Part shown: one piece after another, positions 9,508 to 18,543 of the stretch | Position numbering within the stretch: the stretch's first letter is position 1 | How the letters are laid out: each line of letters starts with the position of its first letter | Assembly (NCBI GenBank): GCA_038087875.1 | Contig: JAXLNO010000279.1 | Coordinates: 50,387-70,386, forward strand | DNA: 20,000 nt | Reading direction: 5' to 3' | Source: Malacoraja senta | Taxonomy: Eukaryota | Notes under the pieces: model-generated | What the model was told of the DNA's origin: nothing | The model's database searches: none | The model's input: the letters and a program-made list of their open reading frames with translations, nothing else | Made by a program: the position numbers and the translations under genes

Positions 9508-10414
9508 GCTTTGGATGTCAGATGTGGGAAGTCATGGAGTCTGATAGCCCTCCAGACGTCCACATCTGCGCCAGGTGTATCGAGATGGGGCTCCTAATGG
9601 ACCGTATTAGGAACCTGGAGCAGCAGCTCGATGATCTCCGTCTGGTCAGGGAGAGCGAGGAAGTCATTGAGAGGAGTTACAGGGATGTGGTCACTCCAAC
9701 GCCACAGGAGGCAGGCAAGTGGATCACGGTTGGAGAGGCAAGGGGCACAGGCAGGGACTAGAGAGTACCCCGGTGGCTGTACACCTTGACAATAAGTACT
9801 CCTGTTTGAGCACTGTTGGGGGGGACAGCCTACCTGGGGGTAGCGACAGCGGCCGGGCCTCCGGTATAGAGACCGGTCCTGTTGCTCAGAAGGGTAAGGA
9901 AAAGAAGAGGAGGGCAATATTAATAGGGGACTCTATAGTTAGGGGGTCAGACAGGCGATTCTGTGGACGCAGTCGGGAGACCCGGATGGTAGCTTGCCTC
10001 CCTGGTGCCAGGGTCTGTGATGTGTCTCAACGTGTCCAAGACATCCTGAAAGGGCAGGGAGAGGAGCCCGAGGTCGTGATACATATAGGTACCAATGACA
10101 TAGGTAAAAAAAGAGAAGAGGTCCTGAAAGGAGAATTTAGGGAGTTAGGAGGGGAGTTAAAGAGAAGGACAGCAAAGGTAACAATCTCGGGATTACTGCC
10201 TGTGCCACGCGACAGTGAGAGTAGTAATGGAGCGAGGTGGTGGATAAATGCGTGGCTGAAGGACTGGTGCAGAGGGCAGGGATTCAAATTTCTGGATCAT
10301 TGGGACCTCTTTTGTGGAAGTTTCGACCTGTACAAAAAGGATGGGTTGCACTTGAACCTGAGGGGGACCGATATCCTGGCGGGGAGATCTGAAAGACTAC
10401 TGGGGAGACTTTAA
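9508..10414 (+). pseudogene. CR1 ORF1: zinc finger/coiled coil + SGNH (GDSL-like) esterase, frameshift at ~9731
   Basis: xFGCQMWE...HICARC...LEQQLDDL in one frame. A second frame then gives ILIGDSIVRG, CLPGARV, IHIGTNDI and DGLHLN, the four SGNH blocks known from CR1/L2 ORF1. Confidence 0.9.
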
Positions 10415-10420
10415 ACTAGA

Positions 10421-12877
10421 ATGGTTGGGGGAGGGACTCAAATAGAGAATGCTATTAGACAGTGTGTGAGGCAGGAGGCAGAGAAGGAAAGCACTCAGTC
10501 CCAACATGTAGGGGGGAAAGAAGAAAACAATAATAAACAGAGAATAAGAGGTGGTGGGGTTCTTAAATGGGTGAGCAGAGAAACAGAGGGGTGTAAAATG
10601 CGGGCGGAAGCAATAGGTAGCAAGGTGAAAATTAAAAGTGGCAGGCAGACAAATCCAGGGCAAAAATCAAAAAGAGCCACTTTTCAACATAATTGTATAA
10701 GGGGTAAGAGCATTGTAAAAACAAGCCTGAAGGCTTTGTGTCTCAATGCAAGGAGCATTCGTAATAAGGTGGATGAGTTGAACGTGCAGATAGCAATTAA
10801 TGATTATGATATAGTTGGGATCACGGAGACATGGCTCCAGGGTGACCAAGGCTGGGAGCTGAACATCCAGGGATATTCAATATTCAGGAGGGATAGAGAG
10901 AAAGGAAAAGGAGGTGGGGTAGCGTTGCTGGTTAGAGAGGACATTAACGCAGTGGAAAGGAAGGACATTAGCTTGGAGGATGTGGAATCGGTATGGGTAG
11001 AGCTGCGAAACACTAAGGGGCAGAAAATGCTGGTGGGTGTTGTGTACAGGCCACCTAGCAGTAGTAGTGAAGTTGGGAATGGCATCAAACAGGAAATTAG
11101 AAATGCGTGCAACAAAGGCAAAACAGTTATAATGGGTGACTTCAATCTACATATAGATTGGGTGAATCAAATTGGCAGGGGTGCTGAGGAAGAGGATTTC
11201 TTGGAATGTATGAGGGATAGTTATCTAAACCAACATGTAGAGGAACCAACGAGAGAGCAGGCTATTCTAGACTGGATATTGAGTAATGAGGAAGGGTTAG
11301 TTAGCAGACTTGTTGTGCGTCCCCCCTTGGGCAAGAGTGACCATAATATGGTTGAGTTCTTCATTAGGATGGAGAGTGACATTGTTAATTCAGAAACAAC
11401 GGTTCTGAACTTAAAGAAAGGTAACTTTGAGGGTATGAGACGTGAATTGGCCAAGATTGACTGGCAATTAGTTCTAAAAGGGTTGACGGTGGAGATGCAA
11501 TGGAAGGCATTTAAAGACTGCATGGATGAAGTACAAAAATTGTTCATCCCAGTTTGGCAAAAGAGTAAATCAGGGAAGGTAGTGCATCCGTGGATAACAA
11601 GGGAAATCAGGGATAGCATCAAAGCAAAAGTTGATGCGTACAAATTAGCCAGAAAAAGCAGCATACCAGAGGACTGGGAGAAATTCAGAGACCAGCAGAG
11701 GAGGACAAAGGGCTTAATTAGGAAAGGGAAAATAGATTATGAAAGGAAACTGGCAGGGAACATAAAAACCGACTGCAAAAGTTTTTATAGATATGTGAAG
11801 AGAAAGAGATTAGTTAAAACAAATGTAGGTCCCTTGCAGTCAGAAACAGGTGAATTGATCATGGGGAACAAGGATATGGCGGACCAATTGAATAACTACT
11901 TTGGTTCCGTCTTCACTAAGGGAGACATAAATAATCTGCCGGAAACAGCAGGGGGCCACGGGTCAAAGGAGATGGAGGAACTGAGTGAAATCCAGGTTAG
12001 TCGGGAAGTGGTGTTGGGTAAATTGAATGGATTAAAGGCCGATAAATCACCAGGGCCAGATAGGCTGCATCCCAGAGTACTTAAGGAAGTAGCTCCAGAA
12101 ATAGTGGATGCATTAGTGATAATTTTTCAAAACTCTTTAGATTCTGGAGTAGTTCCTGAGGATTGGAGGGTAGCAAACGTAACCCCACTTTTTAAGAAGG
12201 GAGGGAGAGAGAAAACGGGGAATTACAGACCAGTTAGTCTAACATCGGTAGTGGGGAAACTGCTAGAGTCAGTTATTAAAGATGGGATAGCAGCACATTT
12301 GGAAATTGGTGAAATCATTGGACAAAGTCAGCATGGATTTACGAAAGGTAAATCGTGTCTGACGAATCTTATAGAATTTTTCGAGGATGTAACTAGTAGA
12401 GTGGATAGGGGAGAACCAGTGGATGTGTTGTATCTGGACTTTCAGAAGGCTTTTGACAAGGTCCCACATAAGAGATTAGTATACAAACTTAAAGCACACG
12501 GTATTGGGGGTTCAGTATTGATGTGGATAGAGAAATGGCTGGCAAACAGGAAGCAAAGAGTAGGAGTAAACGGGTCCTTTTCACAATGGCAGGCAGTGAC
12601 TAGTGGGGTACCGCAAGGCTCAGTGCTGGGACCCCAGCTATTTACAATTTATATTAATGATCTGGACGAGGGAATTGAAAGCAACATCTCCAAGTTTGCG
12701 GATGACACTAAGCTGGGGGGCAGTGTTCGCTGTGAGGAGGATGCTAGGAGACTGCAAGGTGACTTGGATAGGCTGGGTGAGTGGGCAAATGTTTGGCAGA
12801 TGCAGTATAATGTGGATAAATGTGAGGTTATCCACTTTGGTGGCAAAGGAAAAACTTTTTCACACAGGGAGTGGTGA
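10421..12877 (+). CDS. CR1 ORF2: APE-type endonuclease + reverse transcriptase, C-terminus deleted
   Basis: Uninterrupted 818-codon frame. EN motifs: LNARS, GITETW, GDFN, SDH. RT motifs: NYRPVSLTS, QHGF, YLDFQKAFD, GVPQGSVLGP, FADD. The true start is uncertain. Confidence 0.92.
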   Translation: MVGGGTQIENAIRQCVRQEAEKESTQSQHVGGKEENNNKQRIRGGGVLKWVSRETEGCKMRAEAIGSKVKIKSGRQTNPGQKSKRATFQHNCIRGKSIVKTSLKALCLNARSIRNKVDELNVQIAINDYDIVGITETWLQGDQGWELNIQGYSIFRRDREKGKGGGVALLVREDINAVERKDISLEDVESVWVELRNTKGQKMLVGVVYRPPSSSSEVGNGIKQEIRNACNKGKTVIMGDFNLHIDWVNQIGRGAEEEDFLECMRDSYLNQHVEEPTREQAILDWILSNEEGLVSRLVVRPPLGKSDHNMVEFFIRMESDIVNSETTVLNLKKGNFEGMRRELAKIDWQLVLKGLTVEMQWKAFKDCMDEVQKLFIPVWQKSKSGKVVHPWITREIRDSIKAKVDAYKLARKSSIPEDWEKFRDQQRRTKGLIRKGKIDYERKLAGNIKTDCKSFYRYVKRKRLVKTNVGPLQSETGELIMGNKDMADQLNNYFGSVFTKGDINNLPETAGGHGSKEMEELSEIQVSREVVLGKLNGLKADKSPGPDRLHPRVLKEVAPEIVDALVIIFQNSLDSGVVPEDWRVANVTPLFKKGGREKTGNYRPVSLTSVVGKLLESVIKDGIAAHLEIGEIIGQSQHGFTKGKSCLTNLIEFFEDVTSRVDRGEPVDVLYLDFQKAFDKVPHKRLVYKLKAHGIGGSVLMWIEKWLANRKQRVGVNGSFSQWQAVTSGVPQGSVLGPQLFTIYINDLDEGIESNISKFADDTKLGGSVRCEEDARRLQGDLDRLGEWANVWQMQYNVDKCEVIHFGGKGKTFSHREW

Positions 12878-13107
12878 ATCTCTGGAACTCTCTGCCACAG
12901 AGGGTAGTTGAGGCCAGTTCATTGGCTATATTTAAGAGGGAGTTAGATGTGGCCCTTGTGGCTAAAGGGATCAGGGGGTATGGAGAGAAGGCAGGTACGG
13001 GATACTGAGTTGGATGATCAGCCATGATCATATTGAATGGCGGTGCAGGCTCGAAGGGCCGAATGGCCTACTCCTGCACCTATTTTCTATGTATCTATGT
13101 ATCTATG

Positions 13108-13416
13108 AGAGAGGGGGAGAGACAGAAAGAAGGGGGGAGAGAGAGAGGGGAGAGAGACAAAGGGGAGAGAAAGGGGGGGCTAGAGAGGCGGAGAGAGAGA
13201 GAGGGGGAGAGAAAGGGGGAGAGGGCGAAGGGGGGAGAGAGTGAAAGAAGGGGGGAGAGAGAGATGGGGAGAGACAGAAATAAGGGGGAGATAGAGAGGG
13301 GGAGAGACAGAAAGAAGGGAGGAGAGAGAGAGGGGGAGAGACAAAGGGGGGAGAGAAAGGAGGGGCTAGAGTGGTGGAGAGAGAAAAAGGGGGAGAGAGA
13401 GCGAAAGGGGGGAGAG
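13108..13416. repeat. (GA)/G-rich polypurine tract
   Basis: Nearly pure G/A with GGGGGAGAGA units. Confidence 0.95.
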
Positions 13417-13721
13417 AAGGGCCTGTTTCTGTGCTGTATTAGGGTATTGTGTTCAGTTCTGGGCACCGCGTTACGGGAAAGATGTCGTCGAGTTTGGAAG
13501 GGCGCGGGAGAAGATTTACGAGGATGTTTGCCGGACTCGAGGGGCTGAGCTACAGGGAGAGGTTGGGGCAGGGCTGGGACACTATTCCTTGGAGCGCAGG
13601 AGGATGAGGGATGATCTATAGAGGTGTACAAAATCACCAGGGGAATAGATCGGGTAGACAGACGCACAGAGTCTCTTGCCCAGAGTAGGGGAATCGAGGA
13701 CCAGAGGGCACGGGTTTAAGG
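13417..13721 (+). mobile_element. SINE/LINE tail remnant followed by a degraded CR1 ORF2 C-terminal fragment (second subfamily)
   Basis: GAAGGGCCTGTTTCTGTGCTGTAT matches the SINE tail at ~15555-15580. It is followed by YCVQFWAP...LSYRERL...YSLERRRMR-like sequence with frameshifts. Confidence 0.8.
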
Positions 13722-13761
13722 GATGCCATTGGGGTGACTACATTAATCATGTCTATTGGTA

Positions 13762-14954
13762 CAGTGGCTTGCAAAAGTTTTCATAGCCCTTGAACTTTTC
13801 CACATTTTGTCACGTTACAACCACAACGTAAATGTATTTTATTGGGATTTTATGTGATAGACCAACACAAAGTGGTGCATAATTGTGAAGTGGAAGGGAA
13901 AATGATACATGGTTTTCAAATTTTTTTACAATAAAAAACTGAAAAGTGTCGCGTGCAAAAGTATTCAGCCCCCCTGAGACAATACTTTGTAGAACCACCT
14001 TCGCTGCAATTACAGCTGCAAGTCTTTTGGGGTATGTCTCTACCAGCTTTGCACATCTAGAGACTGACATTTTTGCCCATTCTTCTTTGCAAAATAGCTC
14101 AAGCTCAGTCAGATTGGATGGAGAGCATCTGTGAACAGCAATTTTCAAGTCTTGCCAGATATTCTCAATTGGATTTAGGACTGGACTTTGACTGGGCCAT
14201 TCTAACACATGAATATGCTTTGATCTAAACCATTCCATTGTAGCTCTGGCTGTATGTTTAGGGTCGTTGTCCTGCTGGAAGGTGAACCTCCGCCCCAGTC
14301 TCAAGTCTTTTGCAGACTCTAACAGGTTTTCTTCCAAGATTGCCCTGTATTTGGCTCCATCCATCTTCCATCAACTCTGACCAGCTTCCCTGTCCCTGCT
14401 GAAGAAAAGCATCCCCACAGCATGATGCTGCACCACCATGTTTCACAGTGGGGATGGTGTGTTCAGGGTGATGTGCAGTGTTAGGTTTCCGCCACACATA
14501 GCGTTTTGCATTTAGGCCAAAAACTTCAATTTTGGTCTCATCTGACCAGAGCACCTTCCTCCACATGTTTGCTGTGTCCCCACATGGCTTGTGGCAAACT
14601 GCAAACGGGACTTCTTATGGCTTTTTTTCAACAATGGCTTTCTTCTTGCCACTCTTCCATAAAGGCCCGATTTGTGGAATGCACGACTAATAGTTGTCCT
14701 GTGGACAGATTCTCCCACTTGAGCTGTGGATCTCTGCAGCTCCTCCAGAGTTACCATGGGCCTCTTGGCTGCTTCTCTGATCAATGCTCTCCTTGCCCGG
14801 CCTGTCAGTTTAGGTGGACGGCCATGTCTTGCTAGGTTTGCAGTTGTGCATACTCTTTCCATTTTCGGAAGATGGATTGAACAGTGTTCCGTGAGATGTT
14901 CAAAGCTTGGGATATTTGTTTATAACCTAACCCTGCTTTAAACTTCTCCACAAC
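13762..14954 (-). mobile_element. Tc1 transposon (DD34E, Passport/PPTN-like), right TIR + most of transposase; left end missing
   Basis: TA at 13760-13761, then a CAGTG-starting ~213-bp IR/DR-type TIR with TGCAAAAGT(T/A)TTCA repeated at both ends. Reconstructed protein contains [29 protein letters not shown] and [12 protein letters not shown], with 34 residues between the second D and E. Confidence 0.95.
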
Positions 14955-15308
14955 ACATATATATATATACACACACATATATATACACACACATATATAC
15001 ACACACACATATATATACACACACACATATATACACACACACAAATATATACACGCACACACATATATACGCACATATATATATATACACACACACACAT
15101 ATATATACGCACATATATATACACACATATATACACACACACATATATATACACGCACACACATATATACACACATATATATATACACACACACACACAT
15201 ATATACACACACACATATATATATAGTACACACACACATATATATACACACACACACATATATAACATATATACACACATAACACACACATATATATATA
15301 TATATACA
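14955..15308. repeat. Compound (TA)n(CA)n microsatellite
   Basis: Alternating TATATA and CACACA blocks directly replacing the Tc1 left end. Confidence 0.97.
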
Positions 15309-15329
15309 TCGTCTGAAGAATGTCAGCTT

Positions 15330-15592
15330 CACGATGGTGCAGCGGTAGAGTTGCTGCCTCACAGCGCCAGAGACCCGGGTTCCATCCCGACCACGGGTGC
15401 TGTCTGTACGGAGTTGCACGTTCTCCCCGTGACCTTTCGTTGGTTTCCTCCCGCACTCCAAAGACGTGCAGGTCTGCCTTCGGTAAAAGTGTCCCTAGTG
15501 TATAGGATAGTGTTCGTGTACGGGCGATCGCTGGTCGGCACGGACTCGGTGGGCGAAGGGCCTGTTTCCGCGCTGTTTCTCCAAAGCCTAAA
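15330..15592 (+). mobile_element. tRNA-derived V-SINE (HE1-like)
   Basis: A box TGGTGCAGCGG (15335-15345) and B box GGTTCCATCCC (15378-15388). V-domain core GGAGTTGCACGTTCTCCCCGTG...GGTTTCCTCCC.CACTCCAAAGAC. LINE-derived tail GGGCGAAGGGCCTGTTTCCGCGCTGT. Confidence 0.88.
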
Positions 15593-15603
15593 TGTTCCAA
15601 GGA

Positions 15604-15726
15604 GTCTGAAGAAGGGTCCTGACCCGAAACGCCACCTATCCATGTTCTCCACAGATGCTGCCTGACCCGCTGAGTTACTCCAGCACTCTGTGTCTGTCTT
15701 TGGTATAAACCACCATCTGCAGTTCA
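15604..15726 (+). mobile_element. Half of the Penelope-like palindromic repeat, with a hammerhead core
   Basis: GTCTGAAGAAGGGTCCTGACCCGAAACGCCACC...CAGATGCTGCCTGACCCGCTGAGTTACTCCAGCAC...ATCTGCAGTTC, homologous to 4945-5120. Confidence 0.75.
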
Positions 15727-15759
15727 TTTTTATAATATTATGTATTTTAATATTGTTAT

Positions 15760-16102
15760 AATCTGTGGCCATTTGGGACTGAGATGAGGAGAAACTTTTT
15801 CCACCCAGAGAGTTGTGTGAATCTGTGGCCATTTAGGACTGAGACGAGGAGAAACTTTCCCACCCAGAGAGTTGTGTGAATCTGTGGAATTCTCTGCCAC
15901 AGACGGCAGTGGAGGCCGATTCACTGGATGTTTTCAAGAGAGAGTTAGATTTAGCTCTTGGGGCTAACGGAATGAAGGGGATACGGGGAGAAAGGCAGGA
16001 ATGGGGTACTGATTGTGGATGATCAGCCGTGATCACATTGGATGGCGGTGCTGGCTGGAAGGGCCGAATGGCCTCTACTCCTGCACCTAATTTCTATGTT
16101 TC
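15760..16102 (+). mobile_element. CR1 3' end with a ~60-bp tandem duplication at its 5' boundary
   Basis: Homologous to 8040-8318 and ends CTCCTGCACCTAATTTCTATGTTTC. Duplicated units at ~15760-15819 and ~15820-15878. Confidence 0.9.
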
Positions 16103-16196
16103 CACATCTGTGGCAAAATTGCGAGAGTATTTTTCTCGTGACGCGGATAAAAGTCTGAACTTATAAGAAAGGTTCACGGCCCCTGGAATTCTAGCC

Positions 16197-16657
16197 GAGT
16201 CAAGTCTAGTCCTAGTCACATTTATTTCTCGAGCACATTTAAACAACAACTCTCGTTGGCCAAAGTGCTTTACATTTGTTATAAGAATAGTATAAACAAA
16301 CAAACTACATACATATATACATGTAGCCCTCGCTCAGAGGACGTCAGGAAAGGCTTGGGAGTAGAGATAAGTCTTTAGTCTTGACTTAAAGGAGTCGATG
16401 GAGGGGGCAGTTCTGATGGGAAGGGGGATGTTGTTCCACAGTCTAGGGGCTGCAACCACAAAGGCCCGGTCGCCCCTGAGCTTATGCCTAGACACGCGGG
16501 ATGTTCAGCAACCCAAGTCGGCCGATCTGAGGGACCTGGAGGAGGAGTGGTGGGTGAGAAGACTTTTGATGTAGGTGGGAGCAAGCCCGTTGAGGGCTTT
16601 GTAGACATGGAGGAGGATCTTGAAATGTATACGGAACCTTGATCTTGAATGTATACA
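16197..16657 (-). mobile_element. L2 LINE 3' end
   Basis: The minus strand encodes FKILLHVYKALNGLAPTYIKSLL...RSLRS...GDRAFVVAAPRLWNNIPLPIRTAPSIDSFKSRLKTYLY, the L2 ORF2 C-terminal signature. It is followed by GTAAAGCACTTTGG...AAATAAATG and a GACTA/GACTT repeat tail. Confidence 0.9.
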
Positions 16658-16787
16658 GAGATGTCACCAAAGCTGGAATGTGCAGGATGATTTACGAGGA
16701 TGTTGCCAGTACTCGACTGAGCTACAGGGAGAGGTTGCGGCAGGCTGGGACTCTATTCCATGGAGCGCAGGAGGATGAGGGGTGATA
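16658..16787 (+). mobile_element. Degraded CR1 fragment (same subfamily as 13445-13721)
   Basis: GATTTACGAGGATGTT...CTGAGCTACAGGGAGAGGTTG...TATTCC.TGGAGCGCAGGAGGATGAGGG is shared with 13513-13610. Confidence 0.8.
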
Positions 16788-17410
16788 ATAGACAAGAGAC
16801 AATAGGTGCAGGAGTAGAGGCCATTTGGCCCTTCGAGCCAGCACCGCCATTCAATGTGATCATGGCTGATCATCCTCAATCAGTACCCCGTTCCTGACTT
16901 CTCCCCATATCCCCTGACTCCGCTATCTCTAAGAGCCCTATCTAGCTCTCTCTTGAAAGTATCCAGAGATCCGGCCTCCACCGCCCACTGAGGCAGAGGA
17001 ATTCCACAGACTCACCACTCTCTGTGAGAAAAAGTGTTTCCTCGTCTCCGTTCTAAATGGCCGACCCCTTATTCTTAAACTGTGTGTGTGTGGCCCCTGG
17101 TTCTGGGCTCCCCCAACATCGGGAACATGTTTCCTGCCTCTAGCGTGTCCAAACCCTTAATAATCTTATATGTTTCAATGAGAAACCCTCTCATCCTTCT
17201 AAACTCCAGAGTGTACAAGCCCAGCCGCTCCATTCTCTCAGCGCATGACAGTCCCGCCATCCCGAGAATTAACCTGGTGAACCTACGCTGGGCTCCCTCA
17301 ATAGCAAGAATGTCCTTCCTCAAATTAGGGGACAAAACTGCACACAATACTCCAGGTGTGGTCTCACCAGGGCCCTGTACAACTGCAGAAGGACCTCCTT
17401 GCTCCTAAAC
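16788..17410 (-). mobile_element. CR1 3' end (third subfamily, (CTATTGT)n-type tail)
   Basis: Encodes EVLLQLYRALVRPHLEYCVQF...NLRKDILAIEGAQRRFTRLI...LGLYTLEFRRMRG, followed by the 3' stem-loop and CCTATTGTCTCTTGTCTATT tail. Confidence 0.92.
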
Positions 17411-17507
17411 TTCCTCCTCGTCTCCTCCCTGAAGGAACGTCCTTTAATTCTGAGGTTGCGCCCTCTGGTCCTAGACTCTCCCACGAGTGGAAACATCCTC
17501 TCCACAG
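17411..17507 (-). mobile_element. Short additional CR1 fragment
   Basis: Translates to ERMFPLVGESRTRGRNLRIKGRSFREETRR, a CR1 ORF2 C-terminal segment placed out of order upstream of the previous fragment. Confidence 0.8.
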
Positions 17508-17575
17508 AGGTCCCGGTAGGGGTGGTCGGGACAAGGACGTTATTCTCTCACCTCCTGCTTTCCCAACGATGTCAG

Positions 17576-17618
17576 AACTTCCTGATTTACGAGCAGCACT
17601 GTGGAAAGATGCACAGAG
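17576..17618 (+). CDS. Candidate 43-nt internal exon of an unidentified gene
   Basis: Pyrimidine tract TTCTCTCACCTCCTGCTTTCCC...GTCAG| upstream and donor GAG|GTACGT downstream, in unique sequence. Two open frames (LPDLRAALWKDAQ or NFLIYEQHCGKMHR). Confidence 0.5.
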
Positions 17619-17627
17619 GTACGTCTT

Positions 17628-17644
17628 AGTGTGTGTGTGTGTGT

Positions 17645-17728
<84 letters not shown>

Positions 17729-17731
17729 ATC

Positions 17732-17762
<31 letters not shown>

Positions 17763-17786
17763 CTGTGGGCGTGTGTGTGTGTGTGT

Positions 17787-17848
<62 letters not shown>

Positions 17849-17898
17849 CTGTGTGTGTGTGTGTGTGTCTGTGTGTGAGTGTGTGTGTGTGTGTGTGT

Positions 17899-17931
<33 letters not shown>

Positions 17932-18069
17932 GTGTGTATGTCTGTGTGTGTGTGTGTCTGTGTGTGTGTGTGTGTGTGTGTCTGTGTGTGTGTGTGTGTG
18001 TGTGTCTGTGTGTGTGTGTGTGTGTGTGTATGTCTGTGTTTGTGTGTGTCTGTGTGTGTGTGTGTGTGT

Positions 18070-18117
<48 letters not shown>

Positions 18118-18120
18118 GCG

Positions 18121-18161
<41 letters not shown>

Positions 18162-18235
18162 CTGTGTGTGTGTGTGTCTGTGTGTGTGTGTCTGTGTGTG
18201 TGTGTGTGTGTGTCTGTGTGTGTGTGTGTGTGTGT

Positions 18236-18272
<37 letters not shown>

Positions 18273-18478
18273 TGTGTGTGTGTGTGTCTGTGTGTGTGTG
18301 TCTGTGTGTGTGTGTGTGTGTGTCTGTGTGTGGTGTGTGTGGTGTGTGTGTGTGTCTGTGTGTGCGTGTGTGTGTGTGTGTGTGCGTGCGTGTGTGTGTG
18401 TGTGTCTGTGTGTGTGTGTGTCTGTGTGTGCGTGTGTGTGTGTGTGTGTGCGTGCGTGTGCGTGTGTGTGTGTGTGTG
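17628..18478. repeat. (TG)n microsatellite with TC/CG interruptions, ~850 bp
   Basis: Direct reading. Confidence 0.98.
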
Positions 18479-18482
18479 ACAG

Positions 18483-18543
18483 GGAGGCCACCATTTTGAT
18501 GGGTCTAAGATGGATGGTCAAGACTTTTTTGACCGTTTCACAG
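18483..18543 (+). CDS. Candidate 61-nt internal exon
   Basis: Bounded by TGACAG| and CAG|GTCGGG. Joined to 17576-17618 it reads ...[34 protein letters not shown] without stops. Confidence 0.4.

Larger units (their letters stand above)
9508..13107 (+). mobile_element. CR1 LINE (HER1-like), 5'-truncated at the start of ORF1, internal deletion at ~12850
   Basis: ORF1 zinc finger plus esterase, ORF2 EN plus RT, 3' stem-loop GGTGCAGG...CCTGCACC and (T(T/A)TCTATG)n tail ending at 13107. Confidence 0.97.

Noticed and set aside
9455..9510. SPKLHVTNVE resembling an RRM RNP2 motif
   Set aside because: Too short, partly produced by the junction hairpin, and no rest of an RRM follows.
6615..13031. Many short antisense or alternate-frame ORFs over the CR1 copies
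   Set aside because: Shadow frames of LINE coding sequence, recurring only because the copies are homologous.
15330..15400. tRNA gene
   Set aside because: A and B boxes are present but are followed by a V-domain and LINE-derived tail, so this is a SINE head.
15760..15890. CRISPR-like or regularly spaced repeats (also 1-357 and 6301-6378)
   Set aside because: These are head-to-tail duplications without unique spacers, in a eukaryotic context with no cas genes.
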